Source: Entomortierella parvispora E1425
Lineage: Eukaryota; Fungi; Mortierellomycota
DNA length: 64,000 nt
Reading direction: 5' to 3'
Assembly (NCBI GenBank): GCA_020891255.1
Contig: BQFW01000010.1
Coordinates: forward strand, 868,001 to 932,000
Below, in pieces: positions 45,874 to 57,487 of this stretch. The translations under genes were made by a program, and so were the position numbers. Positions within the stretch are counted from its first letter, which is position 1. Every line of letters starts with the position of its first letter. Under the pieces are notes generated by a model, which worked only from the letters and a program-made list of their open reading frames with translations, had not been told where the DNA came from and did not search any database.

Positions 45874-48140
45874 TTAGTTTAACAGCAAGTGGACGGCGTG
45901 AGAGGGCACGCCGTTATTCAACATGTGGATGTAGTGAGGACCCGGGGGCATGATGTTGGCGTTGGGGGGCATGTCGACCTCATAGGTGAACTTTGTTCCA
46001 GAAGTCGAGTTTCCATCCTTCAAGGCTGCCACGAGCTTAGTCATCCGCTGGGACATGTGTGTGCTATGGGTCACAAACCCTTTGTGGCCCAACATAAATA
46101 CGACCTCGGGTTCGTATCGGCTCACGTCCTTCAGATCTGCTACCAGCTCCAGCTTCTGAGCATAGGTCACCGGTACAGGTTTGGCATCATTCGTCGTCAC
46201 CTTGTTTTGAAAGAACCCCTCGGTCAAGACAATCTCGGGGCGGGCCAGATCTGTGGTCAGGTAAGGCGGCGTGAATGACTCGACTCTGAATTCAGTGGGG
46301 AAACGAACATAGGGCTCCTGATGAAGCGACAACTTGGTATGCACGCCATTGTTCTCGTTCGAACCTGCGACAAAGACGGAGCCATCAGGTAACATCATGG
46401 CCACAGAGTGATACATTCTAGCAATGTTACTGGAGGCCCACTCCGTAAATCGTGATCCCAGAGGTGCCTGAGGATCATACATCAATGGAGTATAGTTGGG
46501 ATCGTTGCCATGCAAGAATCCAGCGAAACCAGTCTGGCAACCATTGAGAAGCATGACTTTGCCATCGGCTAAGATGATAGCATCGCCCATCAAGCGACGA
46601 CTGGGCATCTCGTCCATCTCCCACTGAGGGTCTGGATCTGCCAAATTGATGCGTCCACAGGTTTGCAAGGCCTTTGCGTTTTTATCCATACGTTCTGACC
46701 CTCCACAGACCAAGATTTCGTGCGCGTAGCCCTTGGCAGGATCGAGGGGCAAGAGCACATGGGAGCCTGTCAAGGGATACGAGCGAGATCCTCCAGGTAT
46801 ATCAGGCAATCGACGCACGATCTCGTTTCGGGCTACGTTGAAGATCATCGACCTTGTGTTGGCAAAGATGTAAATGTCTCCACTTGGCAGCGAGTATACG
46901 TTCGGGTACAAGTTGTTGGGCAGAGTATCAACCATGAACTGCATGAAAACGGGCTTGTAATCCGCGGCCGGCTTGGGTTTAGGGTACAGCTCCCACGTCG
47001 GGTTATTGAGTACGTTGGTGTTGATCGCTAGAGATTGGTTGCTGCCTCCCAGGATAAAGAGCTCTCCAGAAGGGAGCGTCGTGATGGACACGTACCAGCG
47101 ATTGCTGGTCATCAGCCACTCGCGGTCGTTCGGGTTCTCGATCCATTCTCCGCAGTTCTCGCCTTCACAGGGCAACCACATTCTCAAGGACTGAAAACCA
47201 TCCTGACACCCGATGGCCTTTGACTTACAGTACTCAGCACCCCCACCGCTGATGAAAGTGCCGTTGGGCAAGAACCCTCCACCCGAGCAAAAGGTGTTGG
47301 TCTTTACTTCCAATGGTCTGAAGTCGTTGCGGATCAGGTCGTACTCGGCATTGTAGGCATTGAGACCGTTGGGGAGCTTGGCAGGATTGGCCTCGGCCCT
47401 ATCCATGATTAAAATCTTGGTAGGCGAGATCAAGACAATGTGTTGAGCCGTTACACCGCTCTGGCCCACGACCTTGAACACTCCCTTAGGCAGGGAAGGG
47501 ATTGGTTTGGGGTTTCTACTGTTTGCGGTGATATGGCTCATGTAGAAGCGTTCGCATCGATTGTTGTAGCTTGCTGATGCATTACATCCTGCACTGCAGG
47601 CCAGAGGCGAATTACCGCAGTGACCATGCTTCGAATGGAAATGGGCGAAAGTAAACAATATTAAAAAAAATTAAAAAAAAATAAGAAACTGGGGTCAGAT
47701 CGAGTGTGAAATCGTGGATGCAGAATAGCTGAGTTGTTGAGTCAAGCTGTAACCAGACAAACAGTCAATTCAGTCGAACAAAAGTAAAATGGGCTGTTGT
47801 TGGTGTCTGGAATCTGAAATCTGAGAGCGGTCGTTGGGGTGAGCGTTAGAGCAGCGAAACTGAAAGGCTCGGAACAGGAGTGCACATTGTGCACAAGACA
47901 AACGTCGAGGAATGTAAATGAGGCGCTGGGGGGAGGAGAAATGACAGAAGGACAACGGAGAGGAGGGGGAAAAAGAAAGTGGAGGATTCATTGGCTTACA
48001 GGACTGCAGCAGGGTGTCTCCTGCGGACATGCCAGACCGTTATTGAACTTGCAGCCTGCTCCGTCGGCAGGGACAGCGACGGAGACGGTAAGCAGGACAA
48101 AAGCTGTCGTTACCAGGAACCAGCCTAGTTTTAGAGTCAT
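45874..48140 (-). CDS. Secreted copper radical oxidase (CAZy AA5_1, glyoxal-oxidase-like) with an N-terminal hevein/CBM18 chitin-binding domain; exons 48140-48000 and 47628-45874
   Basis: Signal peptide MTLKLGWFLVTTAFVLLTVSVA. Splicing rebuilds C..C....CCSP|HGHCGNSPLACSAGC. Active-site motifs TFCSGG, RWY, RMYHS and FVTHS are present. Confidence 0.9.
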
Positions 48141-49217
48141 TCTGGTTGGTGACATTAACGGGGTTCGAGAGGGAGAAAGGAGGGGGACAAAGATAAGATA
48201 AATGATATAATGAAAGTGATACTATGTGGTGAATATATGGTGTGCAAGGAAACGAGTGAGCGTTAAAAGAATGGGGAGGGCAGGTAGATTGATGATACGA
48301 GGGTGTGCAAGATGGGGTAAATTGCAAGCATGAGTAGAGTGAGTGAGTAAAGTGGATTGAAAATGCAGAACGATGAAGAAGAGAGAGGCGAAAGCTTCCA
48401 GACGTCGACTCTTACGTTCAAATGCCTGGGCGCCAATGGGTAAAGTATGAGCCTAATCCTCCCTCAGTCATCACCCGGGCATTTAGGGTGCCACAATCTT
48501 TCTCATAGAGCTACCCTCCCCTTTCCTATCTTCGTTAATTCATGATTACTAACACCAGCCGATCTCAAGGACTCATCCACCTCCAAGTTTATAGATGACG
48601 GTACTGCCTGACTGGCATCCACATGTTCCTTAATATTGTCATATTGTCATGTCCACTGTGAACACAGTGCGCATCAACAAGATCAAAGGGCGATGTCTGT
48701 TCTGTTTATTGGCGGTTAAGCTGTGTGGTGGAGAGACACATCCATGGGGTTGCTGTATGTTGCTGTTCACTTTGTCTTCTGAACAGCAGAGTGACAAAGG
48801 GGAAAGAGTAAAGGATAAAAATAGACAACATCCAGAAGGACAAGGACCATCAAATGCTGCGGGCAAAATAAACAGATTAAGGTCCAGAAGACCAAGAGGG
48901 CGAAGCAAACTCTCGTCAAAAGACTTGAGAGCAATTGCCGACCCATGCGCCACAAAGAAAAAAAATAAAGACATTAATGTTTGCAGGCTGGGAAGTAAAA
49001 ACAAAATAAACACTCCTCCCTGTTCCTTACGGAAAAATGTCCTAAGTGTGTTTTCTTTGTGTATTTTTGTCCGCTAACCATTTATGAGAAAAGTCAAGCT
49101 ATCCAGACGACCTGGGTCCCAGGATTCTCATACAGCAAATAATGCCCCGACTTGTCGCCTTGTACAAGGCAAAGTGAACTACTAGTCATAACGAAGGCTT
49201 TTATTCCCCCCACCCCC

Positions 49218-50220
49218 TTTTTTTTTTTTTTTTTTTTTTTTGTCAAAGGGTCGGTACGGTTTATTGCTGTTAAATGTATGTATTCACACGCTCACGCGCC
49301 TGCTCCACCCAAGGGAAACTGACAAGCCATCAATGACGGCCCATGCACCCAGGTTTCGCGGCCGGAGACCTCCAAGCGGGATCTACTGGCTTGCTACAGC
49401 AAGGCTATGCCTAGTCCTTAGAGTGGCCTTTCATGCTCGTTCGTCACTAGTCTCCGAGATCCTAGCCAAAGCAAGACCAAACTGTCTACAACCTGAGCTC
49501 CAGACGAACTAAGACTCCGGATCCCCCGCACAACAAATGCCACCGCTCGTCACTTTTTTGGTGGCGATTTTTTTATTTGCTATGTCGAGCCAAAGAAGTG
49601 AAGTGCGAGACCAAACTATCTACAACCTGAGCAAAGCCGCGGTCCAGATGAACAAAGACCCCGGATCCCCGCGCAACAAATGCCACGGCTCGTCACCGTG
49701 TAATAAAGAAGAGTAAAATGTTACAAAAAATGGAGCTTCCCCATCTTTTCTAATGTAGATAAGTGAACCTGGCCACGCACACAAGCCAGTAAGCGCTGGT
49801 CGGCCAACGTGGGATTATCTTGGGCACCAGGGCAGAGGCCTTGGTGGTGGTCGGTGTTAGGCTTTCCGCATAGGCAAGTGTCCGGTGGTAAGATCGTACC
49901 AGAGGCATTGTTCCACGGTTGCCCTGTCTGGGCTTGCTTCTTCATCTTGGGGCGGATACCTTGTGTCTTCTCCCATGCAATAGTCACTTCGCAGCGCGTC
50001 TTCCAGAGCCGAGCTAGGGCATCCCTGTCCAGACGACGAATAAACTGATGAGCAACTGCGACCACGACAGAGCGAGGGCCTTTAATAATTGGCCTCCAGG
50101 CCTCGATCAGAGCCGAATGGAGCAGTCCTTGGTAAGCAGTGACGACAGAACAAGCCGATGCCAACGGAACTTTGAGCTGTCCCTGCTCAGGGGGTCGGAA
50201 GGCTGACAAGTCATGAAAAG
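49218..50220 (-). mobile_element. 5'-truncated non-LTR retrotransposon remnant(s): ORF2 C-terminus (50209-49721), 3' UTR and poly(A)
   Basis: LWKTRCEVTIAWEKTQGI resembles the W..RC....WE...GI C-terminal motif of fungal L1-like ORF2. AATAAA at 49265-49260 is followed 18 nt later by A24 (49241-49218). An identical 18-mer lies at 49549-49566 and 50221-50238. Confidence 0.7.
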
Positions 50221-50350
50221 GTCACTTTTTTGGTGGCGTTGTCACGTGAAAGTGAAGGCACGTGACGTCCAACGTAAGACTGAATAGATATAAAGGCAAC
50301 TTTGAATAAAACAAAATACCCAAAGAACCAATCAATTGGTTCTAACTCTT

Positions 50351-50433
50351 GGAGAGATGGCCGAGTTGGTCTAAGGCGCCGCGTTAAGGCCGCGGTCTAT
50401 TCGTAGGCGTGGGTTCAAATCCCACTCTCTTCA
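50351..50433 (+). tRNA. tRNA-Leu(AAG): tRNA-Leu, anticodon AAG, intronless, 83 nt
   Basis: Acceptor stem GGAGAGA/TCTCTTC, A-box TGGCCGAGTTGG, anticodon arm CCGCG-TTAAGGC-CGCGG, long variable arm, GGTTCAAATCC T-loop and a T-run terminator. Confidence 0.97.
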
Positions 50434-51025
50434 TTATTTTTGCTTCCTCCACGAACATCTTGAAGAGTGGAACCAGGCACCAGAACGCGATCGACTTGGT
50501 AGGTCCTTCTTTTTCTTTTTCTTCTTTCGCCTGCTCACGCCAATCTACGTATTTAGATTATCCTCTTGGCCATGGGCCCACACGAACCACGAAATATATA
50601 TTCGCTCGTGCTAACTCTAGCGCATGTCCAACGTTTCTTCCGGTCTCAGACCTAGTGTTGCCTTGGTCCGTGGCACTGGAAGCGGGGTTCAATCAATTGA
50701 ACCACAAGCCACAAGGGTTCCTTAGCGCAATACTAATAACGCATTCAGTACCGTGTAGCCGTGTAGCAGCATCGAAGATAGCTTTAGACGGGCCAAGGGG
50801 CGCTTCTAGGGGTACCTTTACTACATATGTAGGCCTGAAAGCCTTCCTCTCGTGGGCGAGACCAGGCTTTTCGGCGCCAACAACGACAGTCCAAGACAAG
50901 ATGGCAAGATGGACCAACCACCAGCGAGGCCTGTCTTTGCTCCCATTGGTCACGCTCGCTGACTTTCAAATACCATCTGGCGCCATCAACAACAAAGCAC
51001 AGAAGACTGTCACAAATTGATTCCA

Positions 51026-51032
51026 TGAGTCA
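51026..51032 (+). promoter_or_regulatory. Gcn4/CpcA response element TGAGTCA upstream of the bZIP gene
   Basis: ATGAGTCAA matches 8/9 of ATGA(C/G)TCAT. Confidence 0.5.
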
Positions 51033-51294
51033 ATCATCGCAAATGCTGCGTGGATGCCCGCGCCCCTTCTTGTTCAGGCCCTGTTTTCTCTTTCCTCTTT
51101 TCTTTCTTTCTTACTTTACTACTCAACCCAACACTCCCTTCTGCTCCAACCCCAACCTTCTATTAGCCAAAGCTCTGCTCGTCTGACCTTTTCAGCCGCC
51201 TTTCTTTTCTTTTTGCTCTTTTTTTGTGGACGTATTCTCCACCCCTTTACATATACCTACTCTTCTCCCCAGCAGCACACTGCTCGTAGCCAAG

Positions 51295-51312
51295 ATGGCC
51301 TTCACCGCTTAA
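51295..51312 (+). promoter_or_regulatory. uORF1 (MAFTA*) of the Gcn4/CpcA leader
   Basis: CAAGATGG strong context; the first ATG in a leader that has no other ATG from at least 51061. Confidence 0.8.
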
Positions 51313-51464
51313 ACGCCGCGTTCTCTTACGAACTTTCAACACTTTTACACTTCTACAACAACAACAACACAACGTTCAAACAGAACAACAACTACACCCC
51401 TTCACTTTATAACATTCATTCACCTTACACTTTCAACCTTTACGGTTCATACAACATTTTCAAC

Positions 51465-51563
51465 ATGATTTCCCCCAACACCCCCATCTGCGCAATTATT
51501 GATATCAAAGAAAAACAAGCCCTCGCCCCAGTAGTACTCGATATTATCCCCTTACAGTCCTAA
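51465..51563 (+). promoter_or_regulatory. uORF2 (32 aa, MISPNTP...PLQS*) of the Gcn4/CpcA leader
   Basis: The second and last upstream ATG; the uORF ends 46 nt before the main ATG. Confidence 0.75.
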
Positions 51564-51609
51564 AGCCAAAAGCTCCCCTTTGAAAACCCCCTTTTATCCT
51601 TGAAAAAAA

Positions 51610-52709
51610 ATGCAATCCATCGATATCCCCATGTTTGACGACGTCAAACTCATCGAGTCGTCCGACTCACTCGAGTTAGCTCTTGCCCAGAGTATGTATT
51701 TATCCAGTGTTAATTTTAAATTGTTCACCTGGCAGTCAAACTAAATAACTAACCACACTTTTTTATTCATAATAATTTTCTAGTGGGCAAGTACTCTCTC
51801 GGTAACGACACCAGCTTCAACAGCAACATCCTCTCCAGGCCCTCTGCCATTGGCACCGGCAACGGATTTGATGACTGGTTGGCAGCCGACCTCAACTTCG
51901 GTGCTCTTTCCAGCGACGAGTCCTCTCTTTCGTCAAGCCCTTTCTCTGGTATGGAGGATTCTCCTGACCTGGGATTCGACTCGTACGGATCCATGGACCC
52001 CTCGCTTTTTGACATGTCGATGGCTTTCCCAGCCTTGACGTCCGAAGACACCGCAGTTCTCCCAGAACCAGAGATGCCCGCTGTTTCTGTTCCTGGATTG
52101 ACTGCCTCTGCTGTCCAACAAGCTGCTGCTGCTCTTAACATCCCTTGGAGCAAAGATCTCGAGAAGGCCGTTATGGCTCAGGCTGCCATGGGAGCAATCG
52201 CCGTTCCCGCTCCTGCCCCTGTTGAAGCTGCACCAGCTACGCCTCTCAGTCAAACCATGGATTCACCCATGTTGATCCCCAAGGATGAGCCTGTCGAGAG
52301 TGACTTTTCCTCTTTGTCTTCATCCGAGTCTGTGTCCTCGCGTTCGGTTTCTCTTTCCCCATCGCCATCTCCCTCGCCTGAGGCGTCTTCCCAGAGCTCT
52401 TCTTCTACTCCAAAGAAGTCCAAGAAGCGCGTGCTTACCCCTGAGGAACGTGAGGAAGAGATTGTAGCCAAGCGTGCCAAGAACACGGATGCAGCTCGCC
52501 GCTCCCGTCTGAAGAAGCTGATCCGACTTGAGGGCTTGGAGGCCAAGGTCTCCGATCTGGAGTCTGCCAACTCTGCTCTCAACATGAAGATTGCGATCCT
52601 CGAGACGGAGAAGACGGGCTACTTGACCAAGGAGGCTGAGCAAGCTGCTCGCATTGATCAGCTCGAAGCCCAGCTCGCTGAGGCCCATGCTGCGCTTGCT
52701 CGCATCTAA
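51610..52709 (+). CDS. GCN4: Gcn4/Cpc-1/CpcA-type bZIP transcription factor; exons 51610-51691 and 51784-52709
   Basis: Basic region KRAKNTDAARRSRLKK plus a leucine zipper and acidic N-terminus. The GTATGT-TAG intron splices in frame, and there is a two-uORF leader. Confidence 0.85.
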
Positions 52710-53107
52710 GCAATCCATTTTTTGTTTTACTTTCAGTTTCAATATCAATACCATTCATTCATTCATCTGTGCCCCGTTTTAATCTCCATCCAAAAGGAAG
52801 AATTATTTTCAAGCAATAAAATTCTGTGCAAAAGCAATCGAGATTTCAATTGGGAAGGGAGGAGGAGGAGCGACGAGGTCTTGCGCCACTAATTTTAACA
52901 GACGAAGGTTATGACAAAACGTCTTCAAAGATTGGTCATAATTCATCCCGCTTGCATTGCACAGCGGGCATGTCGTCTGTTTGCTCCTTCTCTCATTCCT
53001 TTAATACCTCCTGGCCAACTGATTGACCTCTCCGCCACTTTCCCACTTCACTTGTCTCAATTTTTTTCCCCGACTCTGTCAGCATTTTTTTTTTTTTTTT
53101 TTGCAAC

Positions 53108-54694
53108 ATGACCTTCTCTCTCGAGGTTGTCCGACCTATCCATCACTTAGAGCGGTACAATGTCACCCGTTCCAACGTCAAAATTTACAATAACGTAGCC
53201 ATTGGCGCCCGATTCCGGTGCTCCGAGTTACTGCAGCAACCTTTCCAAGAGGAGCGATTGTCAAGCCTGTTCTGGTCAAGGCTCCTGATCGGACCCATGA
53301 GGCAGGTTCTAGAGGCACATCCTTCCCTGGGTCTCGTCGTTGGCGATGCCTTATCCGCCCGGCCCTACTTTTTGCGCCTCCCATCCCTGGATCTCTCCAA
53401 GCAAATCCGAGTCGTCACTGTTCCTGCCACGGCGAAGTCGAACGAGGGAGGGGTGACAGCGGCGATAGAGGAGGAGCACAATCGACCTTTTGATCTGTTG
53501 GATCTTCAAGCACCTGTCTGGCGGATGGTGGTGGTCATGAATGAGGAAAAGAGCGATCTCGTCTCGTTGGTGTACACCTTTCACCATGTTATCGCAGACG
53601 GTCGATCGGCCATGGCCGTGATCGAGCTACTGTTTCAATTGCTCAACCAGCAGGCAGCCGCCACTCCTTCTATTATGAGCGATTCCTCCATCACAGACTT
53701 CACGATCACGCCTGCGCCTCGCAGACCGATACCGGAGGCCATGGAAACTCTTACCAATTGTTTTCCCTCTGTCCGAACATTGGTCTGGGAAGCGACCCGA
53801 GCGATCCTGTTGCCTTCCTTTTTGAAAAAGGCCCTGGAATCACCCTACTGGGCTGGTGATTTTGACAGTACATTGGAGGTCCCCAATGACACGCAGCTCC
53901 GGCTCCTCCGGTTCACAAAAGAAGAGACCCAACAGATCGTTCGCTCCGCCAAGGAGAGAGGGACCACAGTTCAATCCATCCTGGCCACCGCTTCCATCTT
54001 TGCTGCCGTCTTGGTGTTCATGACGGGTCTAGATAAAAAGCGAGAGCCCTTGGTCTTTGCAACCCCAGTTTCCCTCCGAGACTTGATCCATTCGCGTCCA
54101 GGTTCTACCCTCTCGGGGCCGATCCCTGCCACTGACCAAGGGAACTACACCTCCGAGATCCTTCATGAGAACATCCAAGTCGCCGAGGACAACTCGAGTT
54201 CGTTTTGGTCCATGACCGATGCATACCGTCAGCAAGTCATTCGAGGCACCAAGACGGATCGAGGTGTCCAAGAGCTTTTGGAGCATTTTGGAATGTTGGC
54301 CCTCTTGCCCAAGGACAAGGATGGTAGCTGGGAAAAGTTTATGACGGACAAGATCTTTAAGGATCAACACGGTCGCAAAGCCAGCATCAAGTTGTCCAAC
54401 CTAGGTCGAGCCTCCTGGACCACCACTTCCTCCTCTGGAGCCAGTGAGGCTGCGTTCAAGGTCGAAGACGCCTTTTTCTCTCAATCATCTGGCGTTACGG
54501 CCTCAGCCCTGACCATGAGCGTGCTGACGGTCAATGGCGTTCTGAACGTCTCTACGACTTGGCAAAAAGCCGGCTTCCAAGGCCGCGAAAGGGGTGATCG
54601 ATACGTCGAGGCCTTTAAGCAGATCTTGATGCAGGCTATCGACCCTGACCGACAAGATTATCTCTTCCGGGACTGTATTGCCTCATTTACCTGA
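53108..54694 (+). CDS. Alcohol acetyltransferase (AATase/Atf1-like CoA-dependent acyltransferase)
   Basis: HHVIADGRS (HxxxDG), LSNLG and the N-terminal RPIHHLERY in an intronless 528-aa ORF. Confidence 0.85.
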   Translation: MTFSLEVVRPIHHLERYNVTRSNVKIYNNVAIGARFRCSELLQQPFQEERLSSLFWSRLLIGPMRQVLEAHPSLGLVVGDALSARPYFLRLPSLDLSKQIRVVTVPATAKSNEGGVTAAIEEEHNRPFDLLDLQAPVWRMVVVMNEEKSDLVSLVYTFHHVIADGRSAMAVIELLFQLLNQQAAATPSIMSDSSITDFTITPAPRRPIPEAMETLTNCFPSVRTLVWEATRAILLPSFLKKALESPYWAGDFDSTLEVPNDTQLRLLRFTKEETQQIVRSAKERGTTVQSILATASIFAAVLVFMTGLDKKREPLVFATPVSLRDLIHSRPGSTLSGPIPATDQGNYTSEILHENIQVAEDNSSSFWSMTDAYRQQVIRGTKTDRGVQELLEHFGMLALLPKDKDGSWEKFMTDKIFKDQHGRKASIKLSNLGRASWTTTSSSGASEAAFKVEDAFFSQSSGVTASALTMSVLTVNGVLNVSTTWQKAGFQGRERGDRYVEAFKQILMQAIDPDRQDYLFRDCIASFT

Positions 54695-54767
54695 AAGTGT
54701 CGAACAAGATAGAGAATAATACCGCTTATTTTTTTTTTGTATTAATTTTTTGTTGTACAACGACTAC

Positions 54768-56977
54768 CTAGAATTCCAGAGTAGGCTCTGCCTTGGCTAT
54801 GATTTTGATAAAGAAAAGTGTATGGGAACACAGGTTAAACACTGAGCGTAGCAATCAGGCCTGTCATGTGCTCCGCAACATCCCATCACATACCTTGTTT
54901 TGTGCTACGGATACTCTTGACATTGCCCTTCACAAACGCCTCAAACACCTTCACATAGGAGGCAAGGGATGTCTTTTCCCAGTCTGCAGAATGAGATGTT
55001 GTCACGAATGTTAAAAATGTTGTCATTACCTCTGGAACATCAAGAAGGTGGTTAAAACGACGGTAGTAGCTACCTTGCAAATTTGATCCTGGGTGATCAG
55101 TATCGTACTGGTTCAGCTCGTTGATAAGCGTCTCAGTAGTAGGTGCTTCGGTGGGATCAAATTTCTCACAGTTTTCGATCTCGATCGGGACACATACACG
55201 TCCTACAAGTACAACTTGGTGAGCAAATGGTCTAACCAAGGAATTTCCAGGTCAATAATAGCAGCAATCATGATCTTACCGGTCTTGGGGTGCACACAAA
55301 AAGGACTCTTCAGCAAATGGTTGATGTTGGTCGAGACTTTCTCGTCAAGACGAGGATACGTGTATTGGAACATAATATCACGCAACACATGTTCCAGAAG
55401 ATTCCTTTTTGAAGGCTATAGTCGTCGTAAACAAAAAAATAAGTATCGAGTTGTTTCATACGACACTGATGTCAATCCGCGAAAGACTACTTACGGTGGC
55501 AATAGCTTTCCTCACAAAGCCCCTGAGATCCTCCCACTTGTCCGATGGTTCGCGATCTGGATCAGCCTCCCACTCTACACGGGCAGTTTGCTGAACGGTT
55601 TCGTCCGGAATAAGGGTCAGGATCTTCTCCCAATGAGTAGGGTCCCTAAGAATATCTTGTGAGTTAAACACAATATTTTTGAAATGTTCGTCGATAATTT
55701 CGTACGACCGCCTATATCGATGAAATGCCTTTGTTAGTTCAAAATCTGAAAACATGATCACGTCGCGCACAGAGTGCTCTTGGCTTACCTCACAGAAGGA
55801 TGGAGGTTGTTAGGCAACTTGACAGTCTTTCCTTGACGCTCTCCTCCCTATTGGTACATGTACAATAAATTAAATTCGATGGGCTGGGACGAGTGTAAGT
55901 CCAAGGCATAACACAAAGCAGAGCTCCGCTGTCCATACCTTTGTCACATCCAGGTATGCAACGATCGCCTTCCGCTGTTCATTGTTCAATTGGCGTGCCC
56001 TTTCATCGCCGACCCAGCAATGCACACCACGACGTCCTGAATACACCCAAAGCAGATTCTTGAATCCAAAATCATCTAGTTTGAAATATATGAAAAAAGG
56101 TGGACCGTATTTCCGTCAATAAAAGTCAGTCTGATAAAGTCATACATTGTTTTCTGGTCCAGATCCATGAAACAAACCTTTGAGAGCACTGTCTACAATC
56201 TTCATAGCCACGGTCATAAACTCCCAGCACTTCATGCACACATCTCCTCCAGAGCAACAGGTACGGATATCGTCGTAATCAGTCATATCCACATCAAAGA
56301 CCAACTCTTTTGACATTGGCTTGAAGGCCGAGGCGTGGACGGACGCCTTATCCCTAGGGCGGATATTATAGATGGCGCCCAAGTCAATCTTGGCGGGGTT
56401 CAATCGGGTCAGCTCCTGTCTGAATTCATCCACGGTCTTGTACGACTGGAAACGAATATAAGTGTCGTCCATGAGTGTAAAACAGAACTCGCGGTTCATA
56501 AAAGTCTTTGAAAGTTTGATGTCTGATGCCGATAGTTTTGAGTCTGAGACTGAAAGTTTTGGGATGAATGCCGAAAGAAAATGAAGAGGTTAGCATATCT
56601 TGCACAGAACACAAAGGTAGTGGCTCCCATTCGATCCTGTACCTGTATCATAGTTCAGCCAGTCAATATACTGCTTCATTGGAAAGAAGTGACGGTAAAA
56701 GAGCTTGAGCTTCAAGGAGTTGTCACCACCATAATCGCTCAGGTTGACGTTGCTATTGTACCAAAAGTTTTCATCCGCTTGTTAGGAGCTGGTTCAGAGA
56801 CGACCAACAGGCACGGAATCTACACGGCGGGCAAACTTACTGGACATCCAGAGGGGCATGGACGGGTCGCCATGGGTTGTGAGCAGGTGCCGAGGTTTCG
56901 TCTTCATCCATATCGTCAAAGATGTGATCAAGGTCTTCGTCGTCGTCAACAGGCTGTCCGGCCTCGACGGTTGGCAT
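54768..56977 (-). CDS. PRI1: DNA primase small subunit (multi-exon)
   Basis: [53 protein letters not shown] and [19 protein letters not shown]. The terminal exon boundary is approximate. Confidence 0.95.
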
Positions 56978-57487
56978 TCTACCGTTGGTGGCGTCTACAA
57001 TGCAGGAACAACAACAGAATGCAGGGATGAGGATGAGGATGGCAGTCTCTACTAAGAACGGAGGCAGTCAAAGGACTGAGTGTTGAGACGCACCTTGGGT
57101 CGAGTCAATCTCCATTTGCGACATGGTCATGGATGCGTTTAAAGTGAGGGGTGAGTCGATGGCGAATGAAGAGAGAAAAGAAAGGAGGGACCGATTCCCT
57201 TTATTTTCGTTTCTGTCGCGTCCTTTGCTTGCCACCAATCCAAATCAAAGCGAGTCCGAGACGCAGCGCGGGCGATGAAAGACAGCGGGAGGGAGAGAGA
57301 CAGAGAGACAGAGAGACAGAGAGACAGAGAAGAAAAGACAGCAAAGCCACCGCGCTGTTCTTCAGGATGGACAGGCATGGAATGGGCACATTACTCGATT
57401 GGCGCTGTTCTGTTCTGTTCTCCCTTCCCTTTCCTCTCCTCACTCCTCCCCCGCCGCTCATCACCGTCGCAAGATCATTCTCTCACC

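Noticed and set aside
48420-48484. 11-bp imperfect inverted repeat (AAATGCCTGGG / CCCGGGCATTT) as a MITE
   Set aside because: Too short, no TSD, and no second copy in the window.
51560-51610. Non-AUG N-terminal extension of the bZIP, as described for filamentous-fungal cpc-1
   Set aside because: An in-frame TGA at 51601-51603 lies just upstream of the main ATG.
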